Shown here: positions 35,596-45,794 of the stretch, piece by piece
Position numbering within the stretch: the stretch's first letter is position 1
Layout: each line of letters begins with the position of its first letter
Virus record (IMG/VR): IMGVR_UViG_3300045988_180454
Location: 1-64,000 of that record
DNA: 64,000 bases
From: a virus
Direction: 5' to 3' (one strand)
Position numbers and translations under genes: made by a program
Notes under the pieces: model-generated
What the model was told of the DNA's origin: nothing
The model's database searches: none
Seen by the model: the letters and a program-made list of their open reading frames with translations, nothing else

Positions 35596-38500
35596 CTATC
35601 GAACTCGTACTACAGAACGGCGCTGCTTAGAGTGAAGATAGTCCAGCTCTTGGCGAAGTTCTGCCTTGCTAATACCCGTATTAATAGTGCCAACCAGCGG
35701 AGCTTCCCGACCGGCCTTCCAGCTACCAGAAAGCGCAACCTCTAGGCTGGAAGCTATCGCACCAGGAATAAAGCTCTCTAAATCAGATTCGAGCTGCTTA
35801 TTATTCTTCTCTGCAATCACAGCTGAATTGTGAGCTAGACCACTTGGGTCACCTGCTGCGGCTGCCTGCCATGCCGGGATTGCCGCCTGTACATCATTGT
35901 TAGTATCTACAACAATATTATACATCTCAACAAGCGCATTAGCTAAACCACCAAGTCCGACTGATTCACCAACCTTTTGAACAGTGGCTTTCCCAATTTT
36001 TTCCTCACGGGTTTCCTCATGAGCATAGGGATTGTTGCCGTCAGCTGATAAGACCTTGTAGCCGTAGTAATATTCGCCGGTCTCTTTTAGCTTGTTGATC
36101 CGTTCGTCTTCTTCTTTTTCTTCCTTCTCTCGCTTCTTATCCTCAGCTTCTTCCTGCTTCTTGATCTGCTCATCTTCGGCCTTCCACTTGGCCTTGAGAG
36201 CATCGTTCTCAGCCTTGTGCTCAGCAGAAATCGCCTCGTTTTCAGCCTTGTGCTGTGCCGAAATAGCGTCGTTCTCGGCTTCGCGCTGCTCGCGGAGTGC
36301 GTCGTTTTCGGCGTCAGTCTTTTCCTCTAACGCCTTCTTCTCATCATCAGTGAGCTTCTTCCGGTCACCCTGAAGCTGTTTGCGTTCCTCACGCCGCTGG
36401 TTACGTCGCTCTTTAGACTCTTGACGACGTTCAGCCGCGCGTTCTTTACGCTCTTCTTTACGCTGCTCAGAACGGGCTTCGCGTTCTTTCTTACGCTGCT
36501 CTTGAATCCCTTCCCGAATCTTCTTACGCTCTTCAGCCCGTGCCTCGCGCTCTTTCTTCCGCTGTTCTTTACGGGCCTCCCGCTCTTTTTGCTTCTTCTC
36601 GTCCTGCTCTTTATCAAGCTTCTTCTTAGCTTCTTCTTCCGCCTTGAGATAAGCCTGAGGATCATAGTTGGCGATGCGGACAGCCTCGTCAGCCTTCTTC
36701 CAATGCCGTTCAGCCTTTTCTACTTCCTTCTTATCCTGCTTCTTGAGCTTTTCAAGATCGACAGGATCAAGCTTGACTTTCTTTTCAGCATGGTTCCGGT
36801 AGTCAACGAGGATCTTGTCAGATTGCGCATCAATCCACTTATCACGATCTCGGTCAAGGTCGCTACGTAGGCCTTTAAGCTCTTTAACCAGAAGCTTGAA
36901 ATTGCTGTCAAAATCAAACGGCTTCTTCTTAGCTTCATCAATATATGAAGGAAGCATACGATAGACAAGAATATCAAAAGCCCGAGTTTGAGCAGGCGAT
37001 AGAACCCGCTCAGGTTCAAGCGTGTACTTCGGCATGTAGCCAACACCGACAGCATGCCCGCCTTTATCGTAGCCGCCTTTGCCCCGCCCCCAACGAGTGG
37101 TGAGGTCATCCCCGTAACGGGCCTTATAGTATCGCAGAGCTGCAACCATGTTGGCCATTGGATCTCGGCGATCGTTAGGAAGCGACGGATCTCGATAGGC
37201 TTCAAAAGTAGAGGGGATAATTTGCAAAAGACCAACACCAGCTGCATCACCTGTTCCGTTCACATCCACGATGCGCTGGGCAGTCCCAGCGTCACCACTT
37301 GATTCATCCATGATCTGTTCAAGCATCGCTTGTACCTGTCGCGGGTCATCTGCATTAAATCCGACGCGACGCATTGCTGCCTTAGCCATCTCACGCCAAG
37401 ACTCAGCATTCCCCGCGACACCAGCGGAGCCACCAAAAGCTTTCGCTTTATCTAAAGCAAAATCTTTTACCCCGGATAGCATCTTCATGGCGAGGCCGGC
37501 TTGCAAGTCCTTCCAGCCGTTACCACCAAGTTTTTCCTTGATAAGATTCTCTAGCGGATCAAGAATAGCGGTAATTGCATGCATCACCTGCTGAAGTACA
37601 AGGTTGACGAACCCACCACCTCCCCGGCCACCGGAGACAAACTCACCCAAGAACTCTTTGAGTGTATAAGTGTGGTTGAACATTCCGTTGTCGGAACCGA
37701 TAGCTAGTCCACCAATTTGCACGCCGTTGCTGCCGCCGGATTCAATGTTTACGCCATCAATGGTGCCTGCCATGTGTCCATTTGTGCCGCCGCCTTGGCC
37801 AGAAAGTACACCAATGGTGACGCGACCACTGAGACCTGGCACATAACCAAAGCTTTCAAAGTTAGATTCGGTATTGAAAATCCGTCCGCCGCGGAGGTCT
37901 CCGCCATTGAGGAACTGGGTGATACCAGACCAAATGCCGGAACAGTCCCAGCTAGGATTGCCGGTACCACCGTACTGGTACGGCTTGCCATGCTCAGGCT
38001 TGAGCTCACGGAACAGCTCAGCAATTCGCTTATCAAGGTCAATGGTGCCACCCTTCTTGTAGGCTGCACCTTGCCCCAGCATCCGCCGGACAGCACCAAC
38101 CCCGCCTTCTCGTGCGGTCTTATTCATCGCCTCGACAGCAGCGGGTCCGCCGACAGCTTGTGTCCATTCCGGGCGCATAATGGCCTCGCCACCAGAGAGA
38201 TACAACCAGCCAAGATACGGATTATAATATTTGTGAACATCTGTGCCAGGTGTATAACCAGGAAGCACGCCGCCTGAGGCATACTTAGAAGCATAGCTGA
38301 ACTTCTCAAGCTTTTTATCGTCCATGCCAAGGAATCCAGCGACTTTATTCCAAAGCGCGACAATCCCGTCGTTATAAACGGTATTGACTAAGAACTCCAC
38401 AGGATCCGAGAAAATCTTCTTTAAGCCGTTCCAAATGCCCTTAATCATGTCAACCGCTTTACGGAAAACATTCTCAAGACCTTCTACAGGCTTGGTGATA

Positions 38501-41500
38501 AGGTTGTCGATCACCCATGAAATAAATTCACCAACGCCCTTCATTACGGCTTTCCAAATGTCAACCATAGGGATAATGACGTTGTTGACAAGCCATCCAA
38601 AGATCCCGCCAAGAACTTTGCAGGCACCAGCGATAAGTTCAAGAGCTGGGGCAATAATGGTTTTCACCGCAAACTCAATCACTGAGCTAATCACTGGCCA
38701 AACTGCCTGAATAAATCCCACAAAGGCTTTGATGACCGGGGTTACAAAGTCAACAATTGCTTTAGCAATTGCCACAATGGTATCAATAAGTGGTGGGATA
38801 AGTGGCTTCAACCAGTTAATAGCATCAACCAGCATCCGTCCAAGAAGATCAATTACTTCCTTGATTGGATCAACAAGTGGGATACAAGCAGCGAGTAACC
38901 GTCCGAACCCATCCGAAATCATCGGGATTACAGGGGCTAAAGCATCTAGTACCTTGAGAATTGCATCGCCTAATACCTGGGCTAATGGCTCAAGAGATTG
39001 TACTAGTTGAGCAATGACACTATCATGCCCGGTAAATAGTGGTGCGATAACCTCAAGAGCTTTCGCTGCAATCTGCCCTAATAGATCCATTACTGTTTGA
39101 ACCACAGGCATAAGCTGCGAAATTAGGTTAATAGAGGAAGTGATAATTGGCTCAAGGGCAATAAAGATTGCTGATAAGCCTTGCCCCACAGATTCAAGAA
39201 CTGGCTTGAGAGCTTCCATGGCAGGTCCCAGCGCGTTCATGATTGGAGTCAGCGCCTGACCTAAACCTTGGACAGCGATAGAAAGACCTGAAACAATTCC
39301 TTCAATAAGCGGAGCAAGTGCTGCACCAAGCCCTTGTAGTGCAGGGCCTAAAGCTGCAAATGCATCGCCAAGCATTTGTCCAATGCGTGGAGCAATATCC
39401 ATGAGTGGCTGTAGGCCAGAAGCTAGAGCATCTAACGCAACCTTGATCCCAGGGATAGCTGCTGCTGCTACCTGTGCTAAAGCAGAGCCAATAGAGGTTG
39501 CAATAGTCAGGATCGGCTCAATGAGAGTAGCAAGTTCACGCGCTGCATTGCTTGCTTGTTGGAAGAATCCAACAAGCGCTTGGAAACCAGGGGTACCCTC
39601 CGCCGTCAAGTCTTTGAGCTTCTGCGCTCCTTCAGCTAGGCCAGCAAGCATACCTCCGCCACCTTCGCTGGAGGCTTTAAGAATATTACCAATAACCCCG
39701 AATATCCCACCGAAAATATCTTTCAGCAGGGAAGCATTCTTCTGTGCGCTCTGGATGATAGAGTCAAACTTTGACATCCCTGTTGAAGGGTCAATTTGCT
39801 TCAGTCCTTCAGCCCAGTCACGGAACCGCTGGGAAAGATCGGCAAAGTAAGTACCGATACCGCCAAGATACTTCGCGGATTGTTCACCAAGAGACCCAAG
39901 AGCTGCAATAACGTTAGCCAACACTGGCTGCATATTATTCGCCATCTCGGTAGCGCCTTGCATGATCGTCTGCAATCCGGTTCGCGCTTGATCGGTTTGC
40001 AGTTCAGCAAAAGCCCCCTTGAATGCACCATTCCAAGCTGTTGCAATACCCTTAAGACCCTCACCAAACGTCGGCAAAAGATTCTGTAAGGTCTTCCCCA
40101 TCTCGGGGCCTAGATCCTGCAAGAGGTTTTCTTGCGTAGCCTTCTTGATATCGTCCCACATCGGCTTGAACTCACGAAGGGAGCGAGCAACACCTTGGAC
40201 GGAAGGAGAAAGCTTCTCAATAGCCTTCTCAAACTCTTCAGGGCTTTCAGCCGAGAAGGCCGCCTTCACGCCTTCTTTCACGCCATCTAAACCAATCTTG
40301 AGCGCAGCAAAGCTAATGCCAGCGGCCATAAGTAACCCTGGGGCAATGAGGGCCGCGCCACCAGCAACAGAAATCAGGGCGTTTGCTAGGGACATCACCA
40401 TACCAATTGCAGCTTGCCCTGCCATAGCGCCTAGTCCAGCGCCTACCGCCATAAGAGCAGGCATAATGGCTTGGAACAAAATACCGCCAATCTTAGCGAA
40501 CATCCCCACAGCCATTCGTGCAAAACCTGCAACATACTGCCCTAACCGAGCAAAGCCCCGCTTTAAAATACCAAACACGGCTTTTGATTTGGCGGCCCAG
40601 CGTCCAAAAGCTCCAATCAGTGGTGCCGTAAAACGCTTAGCCGTAGCAATTAGAGAACTGAACAGCCCTCGGATTTTTCCGAAAACAGCTCGGAAAGGAC
40701 GGAGGATAAAACTGCCTATCCGTCCAAAGAACGCAAAGAAGCGGGCTAGTTTAGCCCGAGCAGACCGCACAAACGTCGTTACGTGCTGTCCGAGGGCGGT
40801 AAACATGCGACCTAGCGCCGGAAGGTGCCTGAATGCTTCTAAGGACAGGAGAGCAAAAACTCCTGCAATTTTCGATGCCATCGGAGCAAGGGCACGAGGT
40901 AGACCTTGAATAAGGGGATTGGCAACCAATGAAGCAAACCAGTTGGAAAGACGACTTAACCCCTTGTATGCATCAAAAAATGCAGCTTCTAAAACTTGCC
41001 CAAGCAACGGGCCTATATTTGAGAGACCACTTTTTACAAAACCTAAAACAGTTTTCCCTACTCCAGATAGCTTATTGAGTGCAACACGGGCTTTAAAGAC
41101 CGCTGTGTGAAAGCTGGTGACTATTGCATTGCCAAGGCTTACAAAAGCATCCAGCATAAATTTCGCTTCACGCTTAGAGACGTGAACCAGATTTGCCCCA
41201 AACTGCTTCGTCGCAAGGCTGAGTTTATTAAATGCGTGGTAAATTGTATTAAGTTGAGGGAAAGTGGTTCGCCGAAGTGTGTGGAAAGCCGCTTTTGCAG
41301 CACCGGAAAACTTCTGGAATTTCGCTTTGAGCTTGTCTAGATCTTTCCCAGCCGATGCAGCCCCTCGTTTAAGGCCTTGCCAAAATTCCTCTAGGGTCTC
41401 AGTCTTCTCTATAAACTTGCCGAATTTCTCAAACGGCTCTTTCATCTTCCGACCGACCTTGACAATCATATTGACGTAAGGGTCATAGATCTGTCGGATA

Positions 41501-42174
41501 CCCGCCTCCCATTGGGAGGACATCACGCTCAGGAGTTTTGGAACAAAGTTCAGAGAGTTCCATTCTGTCTCAAACTTTTTAATATCTGGAACAGGAAGCG
41601 GGACGTCTGGGGCCTGAATAATAGGCTGCTTCGGAATAACAACTGGCCTCTGAACCTCTCGCTGTGGCATAACCTCTTCAGGACGGGGAATGTGGTCAAC
41701 ATCTGTCTTCACTGTCCATTTGAGATCGACATTATCGTACTCTTGTTTGAGTTGCCGAAGTTCTAACTCGGCTTGCTTTTTGTGGACAAACACATCAAAA
41801 TCAAGCCGATCATTTTCTTCTTTAAGATTTTCCAGCTGTTCATTGACATGCTCTAGAGCAGATTTTTCCAGCTCTACCTTGATCTCAATAGATTCATCAG
41901 ATAATTCTTCGCGGAAGCGCTGGAGGTCTCGTTTAAACTCTTGTTGACCCATAAGCAGCAGGTCAACCTCGATAATTTCCCCATCAAGATCAGCTATTTC
42001 TTGTTTAATGAGGTCAAGGTCAACGGTGAAGTCATTTTCCTCAAGCTTTAATGGGACGGCAATCTCGCTAACATCCTTACGAGCTTTAGCAAGAATTGCA
42101 CGAAGCTTAGTGTGAAATTCGTCTGCGTTCGGGAAGATCCGAATCGCGCCTTCACCAATTGGGATTGCTGCCAT
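35596..42174 (-). CDS. tape measure protein (2192 aa) with embedded NlpC/P60 and SLT lytic domains
   Basis: Largest ORF, located after the frameshifted chaperones. The centre is Ala/Gly/Leu-rich and helical. See the sub-features for domains. Confidence 0.92.
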   Translation of the reverse strand: MAAIPIGEGAIRIFPNADEFHTKLRAILAKARKDVSEIAVPLKLEENDFTVDLDLIKQEIADLDGEIIEVDLLLMGQQEFKRDLQRFREELSDESIEIKVELEKSALEHVNEQLENLKEENDRLDFDVFVHKKQAELELRQLKQEYDNVDLKWTVKTDVDHIPRPEEVMPQREVQRPVVIPKQPIIQAPDVPLPVPDIKKFETEWNSLNFVPKLLSVMSSQWEAGIRQIYDPYVNMIVKVGRKMKEPFEKFGKFIEKTETLEEFWQGLKRGAASAGKDLDKLKAKFQKFSGAAKAAFHTLRRTTFPQLNTIYHAFNKLSLATKQFGANLVHVSKREAKFMLDAFVSLGNAIVTSFHTAVFKARVALNKLSGVGKTVLGFVKSGLSNIGPLLGQVLEAAFFDAYKGLSRLSNWFASLVANPLIQGLPRALAPMASKIAGVFALLSLEAFRHLPALGRMFTALGQHVTTFVRSARAKLARFFAFFGRIGSFILRPFRAVFGKIRGLFSSLIATAKRFTAPLIGAFGRWAAKSKAVFGILKRGFARLGQYVAGFARMAVGMFAKIGGILFQAIMPALMAVGAGLGAMAGQAAIGMVMSLANALISVAGGAALIAPGLLMAAGISFAALKIGLDGVKEGVKAAFSAESPEEFEKAIEKLSPSVQGVARSLREFKPMWDDIKKATQENLLQDLGPEMGKTLQNLLPTFGEGLKGIATAWNGAFKGAFAELQTDQARTGLQTIMQGATEMANNMQPVLANVIAALGSLGEQSAKYLGGIGTYFADLSQRFRDWAEGLKQIDPSTGMSKFDSIIQSAQKNASLLKDIFGGIFGVIGNILKASSEGGGGMLAGLAEGAQKLKDLTAEGTPGFQALVGFFQQASNAARELATLIEPILTIATSIGSALAQVAAAAIPGIKVALDALASGLQPLMDIAPRIGQMLGDAFAALGPALQGLGAALAPLIEGIVSGLSIAVQGLGQALTPIMNALGPAMEALKPVLESVGQGLSAIFIALEPIITSSINLISQLMPVVQTVMDLLGQIAAKALEVIAPLFTGHDSVIAQLVQSLEPLAQVLGDAILKVLDALAPVIPMISDGFGRLLAACIPLVDPIKEVIDLLGRMLVDAINWLKPLIPPLIDTIVAIAKAIVDFVTPVIKAFVGFIQAVWPVISSVIEFAVKTIIAPALELIAGACKVLGGIFGWLVNNVIIPMVDIWKAVMKGVGEFISWVIDNLITKPVEGLENVFRKAVDMIKGIWNGLKKIFSDPVEFLVNTVYNDGIVALWNKVAGFLGMDDKKLEKFSYASKYASGGVLPGYTPGTDVHKYYNPYLGWLYLSGGEAIMRPEWTQAVGGPAAVEAMNKTAREGGVGAVRRMLGQGAAYKKGGTIDLDKRIAELFRELKPEHGKPYQYGGTGNPSWDCSGIWSGITQFLNGGDLRGGRIFNTESNFESFGYVPGLSGRVTIGVLSGQGGGTNGHMAGTIDGVNIESGGSNGVQIGGLAIGSDNGMFNHTYTLKEFLGEFVSGGRGGGGFVNLVLQQVMHAITAILDPLENLIKEKLGGNGWKDLQAGLAMKMLSGVKDFALDKAKAFGGSAGVAGNAESWREMAKAAMRRVGFNADDPRQVQAMLEQIMDESSGDAGTAQRIVDVNGTGDAAGVGLLQIIPSTFEAYRDPSLPNDRRDPMANMVAALRYYKARYGDDLTTRWGRGKGGYDKGGHAVGVGYMPKYTLEPERVLSPAQTRAFDILVYRMLPSYIDEAKKKPFDFDSNFKLLVKELKGLRSDLDRDRDKWIDAQSDKILVDYRNHAEKKVKLDPVDLEKLKKQDKKEVEKAERHWKKADEAVRIANYDPQAYLKAEEEAKKKLDKEQDEKKQKEREARKEQRKKEREARAEERKKIREGIQEQRKKEREARSEQRKEERKERAAERRQESKERRNQRREERKQLQGDRKKLTDDEKKALEEKTDAENDALREQREAENDAISAQHKAENEAISAEHKAENDALKAKWKAEDEQIKKQEEAEDKKREKEEKEEDERINKLKETGEYYYGYKVLSADGNNPYAHEETREEKIGKATVQKVGESVGLGGLANALVEMYNIVVDTNNDVQAAIPAWQAAAAGDPSGLAHNSAVIAEKNNKQLESDLESFIPGAIASSLEVALSGSWKAGREAPLVGTINTGISKAELRQELDYLHSKQRRSVVRVR
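36090..36660 (-). other. ER/K-rich charged repeat tract inside the tape measure
   Basis: Repeats EQRKKEREAR(K/A/S)E x3-4 followed by (A/S)(Q/E)HKAENEAIS-type units. Confidence 0.8.
37080..37400 (-). other. SLT lytic transglycosylase domain of the tape measure
   Basis: IMDESSGD (catalytic Glu codon at 37303-37305), GLLQIIPSTFEAY. Confidence 0.75.
37700..38040 (-). other. NlpC/P60 endopeptidase domain of the tape measure
   Basis: GKPYQYGGTGNPSWDCSGIW (Cys codon at 37942-37944), downstream GHMAG. Confidence 0.75.
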
Positions 42175-42224
42175 GAGTCAAATAGAAAACTTTCTTAGGT
42201 TAGATTAATAATAGTTATATTCTA

Positions 42225-43090
42225 TCAGAAACCTAACTCTCGCTCAATAGAGCGCTTTTCTTCTTCCTCGAATTGTTCTAGCCGCTTATCCAGCAGCTTT
42301 TCAAACATTGGCTTCGGTCTTGGGGTCGGCTTGAAATCCATAGAAGCCTTAGAATCAACCAACCCGATTAAAGTTTTCCTTAAAAGGGTTAAATTATCAT
42401 TGACCTGAGCTAACAGCTCCGAGTCGAGGGAAAATCCCTCCGCCGAAATATTCTGAGACTCTTCTATATCAGTAGAGATATTTGTAACAGAGGGCTTTCT
42501 GGACTCGTATATTTGCCGAAGCTCAATTTCGCTTAACGCTTCTAGGCGCTCTAAGGCAAGATCTTTGTCGTTTGCGATTGCCGCTTTCGTTTTTGAGTGC
42601 GGCGGTAGGCTTGCCATATAAGACAAAAAGAATTTATAAGACAACCCAGGACGCAGACTATCACACAGGTCCATGTGATAAATGGTACGGAAATCATAAA
42701 GTAATTCATCTCCGTAACGATCAACCAGAGTTTTTACTGTTCGGTATCTTTTGGGTCTTCGACGGAAAGGCCCCAGCCTTGATAGATCTTCTCAAGAACC
42801 TTACTGATAGTCTCAACGCCTTGTCCATGAAGACCCCGCTTAAACTTTCGAGCCAGAACCGGATCCTCACTGCAAATCACATCAATGATTTGATCGAAGC
42901 TGGAACGTTCGGCTAACTCAAAGATTCGGGTAAGGCCAATGCCGTCAGGGCAAGGAACCTTAAGAGTTGTTGTACCTACCTGCTGACCTGCTGCATTGAT
43001 GACCGGCCAGTTATTGATTACTGCTGTCTTGCGTTCAATCTCTAGAGGCTTTGTTTCTTTGACGATATCGTCGAAATTAATCCCTGACAT
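42225..43090 (-). CDS. tail assembly chaperone, -1 frameshift fusion product (about 288 aa)
   Basis: The frame of 42225..42674 is open upstream through the slippery site and lies -1 relative to 42734..43090. Confidence 0.75.
42734..43090 (-). CDS. tail assembly chaperone (short product, 118 aa)
   Basis: Located immediately upstream of the tape measure module. Contains the slippery heptamer 12 nt before its stop. Confidence 0.8.
   Translation of the reverse strand: MSGINFDDIVKETKPLEIERKTAVINNWPVINAAGQQVGTTTLKVPCPDGIGLTRIFELAERSSFDQIIDVICSEDPVLARKFKRGLHGQGVETISKVLEKIYQGWGLSVEDPKDTEQ
42749..42755 (-). promoter_or_regulatory. -1 programmed frameshift slippery heptamer C CCA AAA
   Basis: In zero frame GAC CCA AAA GAT, which fits X XXY YYZ. 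The -1 frame then reads AGA TAC CGA ACA GTA AAA... with no stop until 42225. Confidence 0.75.
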
Positions 43091-44365
43091 TTAAGTAACA
43101 TCCTTTCCTACGTAAGTCCCACTAAAGAACCATTGATTACCTTTTGATGTGGCATTATTAAATTTGTATAAAACAACTTTGCCGTCCTGCTGTATGCGGA
43201 CCGAAATTCCGAAGGTCTGTATTCCTTTCCCTGGTTCATCATAGAGTGCTACAGGAATGAAGGGGGCACCAAAGCGGGGGAGAGCCCAATCTGGCAAAGT
43301 CTTTTTAGCAAGCTCTTGTTCTATGTTGTTAAAATTGTTTGATGCACAGTCAACAGCAACAATTTGCCCGATCCGGTTAAATTGAATCTCTCCGATCCAA
43401 AAAGTATCTGTATAATGCTGATTAATCAACCTTTTTACTGACCGAACAGAGGTTACCGCATTAGGTACTTCAAGACTGAGATTCTGAGGGACCTCTATTT
43501 GCCCCCCTGTGACCCGTTGCACTAGGTTCCCCTCATTCATACTCACGAAATACCCAACGGGACCTGTCAACTTATGGGTTATCCGAGCATCAATATGAGG
43601 GGTGATGTCCGTTTTATTAAAATAGTTTTGCTTTAGATAACCAAGATTTACAACGTCATTATCTACCGCCGGAGGAATAAGTACTTTAAACCCACCGCCG
43701 GTTGAGCGTCGAGGAATCCAAGCTCCACCACGAGGCTGATTGCCGTTAGGCTCAATAACGTCAGCTATTGCTTTTAACTTTTCGCCTGTTTGGGGAAGTG
43801 TTTTATATCCCTCTGGTCCCTGCTGTAAGTTTCGCTCGGCGAGAGCATTAATTTCGCCGAGAGCAGAAGTTTTAGTAGTTGTAATTTCGCCTTGAGCAGC
43901 ATTTTTCTGAGTTCCAATTTCGGTTTTTGCTTGAGCAAGAAGATCTCTCGCTGTTTGAATATCTGTATTCTTGGCGGAAACAGTATTCAAAAACGCCTTG
44001 ACCTGTCGGTCATATTCAGCCAGTTGAGTATTCAGCTTGTCAAACTCTGGCTTATACTGACTTGCCTGAACCAAGATTGGGCGATTCTGATTCCAAAACT
44101 CAATGGTTTCAGCAAAAGTTCGTGCATATTGATCTAGCTTCACAATTGCCTCAGAAAGCTTATCGCTCTCTGAACTCTGCGACGCTTTGATTGCTGCAAG
44201 CTCATCTCGAAGAGCGGAAATGCCCTGATAAGTCTGCAGAATACTTAAAAGGTCCCGCTTGTCTGAAATAACTTCGGACACATCGGCGCGGAAATCCGAT
44301 AGTGACCAACCGTCTTGAGGCTTTTGTTTAGCCTCAAGTGCGGCTAAGCGTTTTTCTATAGACAA
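43091..44365 (-). CDS. coiled-coil fibre-like protein between the major tail protein and the chaperones
   Basis: About 200 aa of N-terminal coiled coil, then NDVVNLGYLKQNY, resembling the D-A-V-N-x-x-Y-L motif common in tail fibre proteins. Confidence 0.45.
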   Translation of the reverse strand: MSIEKRLAALEAKQKPQDGWSLSDFRADVSEVISDKRDLLSILQTYQGISALRDELAAIKASQSSESDKLSEAIVKLDQYARTFAETIEFWNQNRPILVQASQYKPEFDKLNTQLAEYDRQVKAFLNTVSAKNTDIQTARDLLAQAKTEIGTQKNAAQGEITTTKTSALGEINALAERNLQQGPEGYKTLPQTGEKLKAIADVIEPNGNQPRGGAWIPRRSTGGGFKVLIPPAVDNDVVNLGYLKQNYFNKTDITPHIDARITHKLTGPVGYFVSMNEGNLVQRVTGGQIEVPQNLSLEVPNAVTSVRSVKRLINQHYTDTFWIGEIQFNRIGQIVAVDCASNNFNNIEQELAKKTLPDWALPRFGAPFIPVALYDEPGKGIQTFGISVRIQQDGKVVLYKFNNATSKGNQWFFSGTYVGKDVT

Positions 44366-44395
44366 GCGAAACCTTTCTGTTTTAGAAACCTAATA

Positions 44396-45343
44396 TTAGG
44401 ATTCTACTTCAAAACCCATAAGCGGCGCAAGTTCCTTCCAGCCAAGACCACCATAAACGAAGCGGAGGGAATAATCCAGCTCGTCATCACGGCTAGCCTC
44501 AAGAGTGACACCGTACTTCACTTCCTTCTCAGCAGAGAAGGCGAGTTCGTCAGGGTCGGACACCTTGGTCTTCGGAGCATCAAAGATCATAAAAATGGGC
44601 TTTGCCTCGGTGCCATCACGGAAAATAAACAGCGCACGACGATAAACCGTCTCAGGAAGATTCGGCTTGATAATCTGAGTCTGCGTATTCTTCTTGACCT
44701 TGACATCAGTAAGGTCAATTCCGTAGTACATGGCAAGAGTAATCTTCTTGGTCTCCTGCATCTCGAACTTCGCAGACATCGTATCCTTGGTGATGTCAGA
44801 ACGAGTGGGTTCAGCTGCGCCGTAGCTTTCTACCTCGCTCTTGTCGGTAGAGCGGGTAAAGGACACACCGGCGTCCTTAGAAGTCCAGCCAACAGATTCA
44901 TAGCCTAGCTTAGCTAGGTTAATAATCTTACCCTCGTCGGTGAAGATGGTCTCCGGGACCTGCACGGTCATCGGGGCCACCAGGACAATACAGGTAAGAC
45001 CCTTGCGGATCAGATTACCCTTGGCGTTCTGGAGATCGCTAAAGGTTTCAATAGCTTCTAGGACAGCGGAAGCATTGACCACCGTGAAGTTCTGACCCGA
45101 GTCCTTACCGGTCGTAGCTGTATCATCCACCGTAAGGGTCGTAGCCGTAACCTCAATAGTGAACGGACCACCAGAAGCCCCGGTCACCTTAGCCGAAGAC
45201 TCACCAGAGAGCTTACGCACCTCAGCCTGGATCTTCGCAGCGGTAAGCGGGTGAGCGATTTCACCAGTGGTGGTGCCGCCAACCACCAGCTTAATAGAGC
45301 CGGCGAGGGTGCCGGTCGGAAGAGTTAACGTAAACTTAGTCAA
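44396..45343 (-). CDS. major tail protein
   Basis: 315 aa, located between the connector set and the chaperone/tape measure genes. Confidence 0.7.
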   Translation of the reverse strand: MTKFTLTLPTGTLAGSIKLVVGGTTTGEIAHPLTAAKIQAEVRKLSGESSAKVTGASGGPFTIEVTATTLTVDDTATTGKDSGQNFTVVNASAVLEAIETFSDLQNAKGNLIRKGLTCIVLVAPMTVQVPETIFTDEGKIINLAKLGYESVGWTSKDAGVSFTRSTDKSEVESYGAAEPTRSDITKDTMSAKFEMQETKKITLAMYYGIDLTDVKVKKNTQTQIIKPNLPETVYRRALFIFRDGTEAKPIFMIFDAPKTKVSDPDELAFSAEKEVKYGVTLEASRDDELDYSLRFVYGGLGWKELAPLMGFEVES

Positions 45344-45356
45344 CTACTTTCTCCTA

Positions 45357-45794
45357 TCATATCCATTTCACGCGAGCGTGAATCTCAAAACTTTTATCTA
45401 ATTCGATTTCATCATCTAGCAGGGGATCTTCTCGGTCGGGGCCGGTAAGCACCACTGCAAAATCCACCAAAAAACCCGCTAACTCGGTGCCTGGTGAGGC
45501 AAGAATCCGCTTCGTTGCTTCATCACACAAAGCTTGTGCGCGCTTGAAATCCTTGGCGAAAAATTTAATTTGTAGCCCCATGATGTCGGTGTACGAATCC
45601 GAGAGATAACCAAGCCGACGGCGGATTAAGATGTAATCAAAATCTTTCATCCGATAGGTTTTGCCACTTCCTGTCATCTCTTCGTACCGATCTAGCACGT
45701 GAGCACGCGATCCACCGATCTGTCCTTCACCGACAAGATCGTGCAGTAGCTCATACATCATGGCTTCAAGGTCTGGCAATATATAGTTATCCAC
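45357..45794 (-). CDS. tail terminator / head-tail connector protein
   Basis: Fourth of four small ORFs (145-153 aa) between the capsid-associated genes and the major tail protein. Called by position. Confidence 0.55.
   Translation of the reverse strand: MDNYILPDLEAMMYELLHDLVGEGQIGGSRAHVLDRYEEMTGSGKTYRMKDFDYILIRRRLGYLSDSYTDIMGLQIKFFAKDFKRAQALCDEATKRILASPGTELAGFLVDFAVVLTGPDREDPLLDDEIELDKSFEIHARVKWI

Noticed and set aside
36092-41947. Many plus-strand ORFs inside the tape measure gene (for example 36421..36870, 37717..38277, 40019..40909).
   Set aside because: They are antisense to a 2192-aa ORF that has clear domain motifs. Their translations are low-complexity (A/S/P/R-rich), as expected from compositional bias.
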